This document shows, piece by piece, positions 61,206-64,000 of a stretch of 64,000 bases of DNA (within the stretch, counting starts at the first letter, position 1; every line of letters starts with the position of its first letter). The stretch spans positions 4,413 to 68,412 of the forward strand of contig DYLV01000001.1 in the NCBI GenBank assembly GCA_020721925.1, written 5' to 3'. Below the pieces are notes generated by a model. That model did no database searches. It saw only the letters and a program-made list of their open reading frames with translations, and had not been told where the DNA came from. A program made the position numbers and the translations under genes. The DNA comes from Leptospira biflexa. Its GTDB lineage: Bacteria > Spirochaetota > UBA4802 > JAGODF01.

Positions 61206-62408
61206 ATGAGATTTTCACGCGCCAAACATCCTGAAAAATCATACGATATCATCATAAGTGGTGCGGGGCCTGCGGGCCTCACTGCTGCGATTTTCTGCGC
61301 ACAAAGGGGTCTTTCTGTCCTCGTCTGCGAAAAAGGAAAAATCCCGGGCCCCCTGCCGAGAGCCGAAACAGTGTACAATCATCCTATTTTTAGTCAAACG
61401 CTTGGAGACGAATTCATTCCACATATAAGCCTCCTGGCAACATCAAAGCGCAAATTCAACAGCCCCGGAGCAAAAAAATCATTTACCATTACCCTCTCTG
61501 GAACAAGGAAATCACATGTATTTGAGTGGCGCAATCTCATCAACGCCCTTACCAAAAAAGCAAAATCCTCCGGTGCAAAATTCCGAATGTCATCAGAAGT
61601 CAAAGCACCCATAATCTCGGATGGATCATGCATCGGCGTTATGTTGAAAAATGGTGAAAAGATTTTCAGCAGAACAATTTTTGCATGCGACGGACATACA
61701 AGCAATTTAGGTCGATATGCAGGTGTTTCTTACGAAACGATGAATACACTAATTGTGAAAAACATCGTAAAGAATTTTCATAGCGACTATGATGGGTTTG
61801 AATATTTTTTCATTGGCGCGGGAGAGATTTCCTGCGCAAAGGATTTTTCAGCTCTCATTGCATTTGTCTTCCCGCGCGGCAATGGTCAGTGCGAAACCGG
61901 GCTTTATCTTCCGCCCGACCCGGCGTTTAAACAGGGCATTATCCCGTCTCGTATCGACACCAACCGTTTTCTTGAAATCTGGCATGAAGCAAAATCTGTT
62001 TATCCGCGTCTATCCGCCCTCATGAAACCGACGAAGAATCTCCACGAATCTGCGACATACGTTCCCGTGGGAAGACTGCATCGTCACTCCGTTCCAATTC
62101 CTGGTCTTGTCCTTATCGGCGACGCGATTGGATTTCTGGAAGCAAGCGGGGTTTCGGGAATCATCACGTCAATGGAAAATGCACACTTTGCCGCAGATTT
62201 CATTATTCGGCACGGAAATCCTCCTTGGAGCAGATGGCTTGCCAATAAATATCAAAAAGAGTTCTCACATTCCTCTGTATTTCGTACAGTTAAAAAACGC
62301 TACGCAATGGTGGCGCTTTTTAACAGCATTGTCTTTTCCGGCATGAAAACCGCTGATGGGATAAACCGACACTGGTGGTTTGTCAAACTCGCTTACCAAT
62401 TTAAATAA
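61206..62408 (+). CDS. FAD-dependent oxidoreductase, geranylgeranyl-reductase / aromatic-ring-hydroxylase-like family
   Basis: The N-terminal FAD-binding GxGxxG is DIIISGAGPAGLTAAIF. The C-terminal GD motif is VLIGDAIGFLEASGVSGI. 400 aa. Confidence 0.7.
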   Translation: MRFSRAKHPEKSYDIIISGAGPAGLTAAIFCAQRGLSVLVCEKGKIPGPLPRAETVYNHPIFSQTLGDEFIPHISLLATSKRKFNSPGAKKSFTITLSGTRKSHVFEWRNLINALTKKAKSSGAKFRMSSEVKAPIISDGSCIGVMLKNGEKIFSRTIFACDGHTSNLGRYAGVSYETMNTLIVKNIVKNFHSDYDGFEYFFIGAGEISCAKDFSALIAFVFPRGNGQCETGLYLPPDPAFKQGIIPSRIDTNRFLEIWHEAKSVYPRLSALMKPTKNLHESATYVPVGRLHRHSVPIPGLVLIGDAIGFLEASGVSGIITSMENAHFAADFIIRHGNPPWSRWLANKYQKEFSHSSVFRTVKKRYAMVALFNSIVFSGMKTADGINRHWWFVKLAYQFK

Positions 62409-63738
62409 TTTCACCTTTTGTGCGAAGATATTCCAGCACAACGGGAAAATAGCTGCGCACATTGCGTGGGAAAATTCCGCGTTCTTCAAGTATACACTCA
62501 AAAGCGGATTTTAGATAATGCACATATTCTTCATTCAGCGGAATCATTTTTACGGCATCCCCAATTGCGCACTTTTCATTGACAATATCCGATGCCATAA
62601 TCGCGGCGAATACTTTTGCGGCGCATCTTTTATTTTCCGGTTCAACACGGCTTTCAATATAGCGAATGAAATCCGAAAGGATGCAGTTGCGCACATCGAA
62701 CAGCAGCAGGTCAAGAGTCTTATTCGCACCATCGGATGTGATATTTACAAATTTTTTCAACTTGCTGTCAAAATGAAAATGCGTTGCTATTGATGCTCCC
62801 CTCGTGCGGACTATTTTTCCCACGTCTGTCATTTTAAGCACCAATGTGCCACCGCTAAAATCAGGAATAAAAAGAAATATAAACATTCCACTGAATTGCA
62901 CTGCTGCATGTTGAAGAAATTCCTCGTAGCTTCGTTTTGCGATATAACGAACATCGCGAAGTGCTCGCTCATTCCGGAACATACTAAGAATCATCAATTC
63001 AACCGGCCGTTTCCATTGGATATTGTTTTTCGCATTGTTAAAATAAATAAATCTTCCTCTGCCAATGGGCGCAGCGGGAACTGTTTCAACGCTCACTCCT
63101 CTATTTGTAATGGGATCACTTAACATTTCTTGTCCGAACATGCGCTGCAATTCACCAAGGAGGACGTCTTTTTCCCCAGGCGAGCAGTACACCAATCGAA
63201 CAACAAGCCTTCGGTATTTCAGAATTTCTTTGGCAGTCCAAAAAAATTCTCCCAATCTTTCCCGAGAAAGGGCATGCTCTCTGTTAAAAGAAAGCATTAA
63301 AGAAAAGGAATTATCCGACGCTATCTCTTTTAAGATACTGCGATTTATATCACTGGCTGCAATTCCCGGCGATGAAATTAAAAGCTCATTGCACCCTTTC
63401 TGTTTAAAAAGCAAAGCGATATCAACAATTGTATAAAGTTTTTTCGCAGTATGCCATCGGTATGCAAGTGCATCGCATGAGTTATAGAGCGCCACCCTGC
63501 GAAGTGGAAAAGGAAACTCGCAAATCGATTTGCGTATCGCATCGTAGGGGAAAAAATCCACTCTTTTCCCGGAATTATCTGCACAGAACGAGCAGAAATG
63601 GACACACCCCCGCATGGGAACAAAGCTCACGCGAAGTGGTATATCTGCCAGAAGGGATGGAAGATTCGGCATAGGTGCGTTATCAATACCCGTGCTTTGC
63701 GAAAATGTTTCCAATAGTTTCCGACGGTCGCCTGCCAT
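62401..63738 (-). CDS. radical SAM-like protein (CxxxCxxC near the N-terminus), otherwise uncharacterised
   Basis: MRGCVHFCSFC fits the canonical Cx3Cx2C 4Fe-4S/SAM motif. The ORF runs to 63867 but overlaps the upstream GDPD gene. The ATG at 63738 or 63672 is the likely start. The stop overlaps the end of the convergent FAD-oxidoreductase by 8 nt. Confidence 0.5.
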   Translation of the reverse strand: MAGDRRKLLETFSQSTGIDNAPMPNLPSLLADIPLRVSFVPMRGCVHFCSFCADNSGKRVDFFPYDAIRKSICEFPFPLRRVALYNSCDALAYRWHTAKKLYTIVDIALLFKQKGCNELLISSPGIAASDINRSILKEIASDNSFSLMLSFNREHALSRERLGEFFWTAKEILKYRRLVVRLVYCSPGEKDVLLGELQRMFGQEMLSDPITNRGVSVETVPAAPIGRGRFIYFNNAKNNIQWKRPVELMILSMFRNERALRDVRYIAKRSYEEFLQHAAVQFSGMFIFLFIPDFSGGTLVLKMTDVGKIVRTRGASIATHFHFDSKLKKFVNITSDGANKTLDLLLFDVRNCILSDFIRYIESRVEPENKRCAAKVFAAIMASDIVNEKCAIGDAVKMIPLNEEYVHYLKSAFECILEERGIFPRNVRSYFPVVLEYLRTKGEII

Positions 63739-64000
63739 AGATCTCAAGCAACAAGTCCGCTCTGTCGGTAAAAAAACCATCGGCGCCAAAAAGTGAAAGC
63801 GCGCGCGCCTGCCATGCCTTATTGATCGTATACACGTGAACGAAAAGACCCGCTCGATGTGCCTCACTGTTTTTAAAAGGCATGGCTACATAGCCCGAAG
63901 GACCAAAGCCAGCCTTTTGTCCAATCGCAGTTCTGAGAATTGTCTGCCATCCTGCTTTTTCAATCTCTTCAGCGCCGTACAAATATAATCGTGGAACAGA
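63683..64000 (-). CDS. glycerophosphodiester phosphodiesterase family protein (C-terminal part; N-terminus beyond the window end)
   Basis: The C-terminal GADGFFTDRADLLLE resembles the conserved GxDGIxTD end of GDPD (TIM-barrel) proteins. The frame is open to position 64000. Confidence 0.5.
   Translation of the reverse strand, partial: SVPRLYLYGAEEIEKAGWQTILRTAIGQKAGFGPSGYVAMPFKNSEAHRAGLFVHVYTINKAWQARALSLFGADGFFTDRADLLLEIYGRRPSETIGNIFAKHGY

Overview
64-kb chromosomal segment of a diderm (Gram-negative-type) bacterium, roughly 42-44% GC and gene-dense (about 60 CDS plus one tRNA). Content is mostly housekeeping: htrA (partial), argB, tatD, nadB, trpS, radA, nadC, parA/parB, glyS, nth, prmC-prfA, tRNA-Arg(CCU), glgC, malQ, uvrD/pcrA-family helicase, cutA and uvrB. 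Envelope, transport and signalling genes are interspersed: an MlaD-like MCE protein and an MlaF-like ATPase, KtrAB, a SurA-like PPIase, a LolA-like protein, an FtsX/ABC pair, a GGDEF protein, a PAS-GAF histidine kinase with a stand-alone receiver, and two STAS proteins. I found no CRISPR array, transposase, integrase, phage genes or recognisable defence-system components. Gene content (ADP-forming acetyl-CoA synthetase, MORN/TPR proteins, a geranylgeranyl-reductase-like flavoprotein, radical SAM and GDPD) suggests an anaerobic FCB-group or candidate-phylum organism, but I cannot place it from sequence alone. The best candidates for something undescribed are: (i) a translationally coupled pair of uncharacterised proteins fused onto the 5' side of parAB; (ii) an amidohydrolase / cNMP-binding-TPR fusion / Crp-family regulator operon; (iii) an orphan pair of STAS proteins flanking trpS; (iv) a penicillin-acylase-family / aminotransferase / lipoprotein operon; and (v) a flavin reductase / radical-SAM / GDPD cluster possibly tied to lipid modification. 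Several intrinsic terminators, one near-consensus sigma70-type promoter and a few palindromic candidate operators are visible directly in the sequence. All functional calls rest on motifs I recognised by eye; none has been checked against a database.
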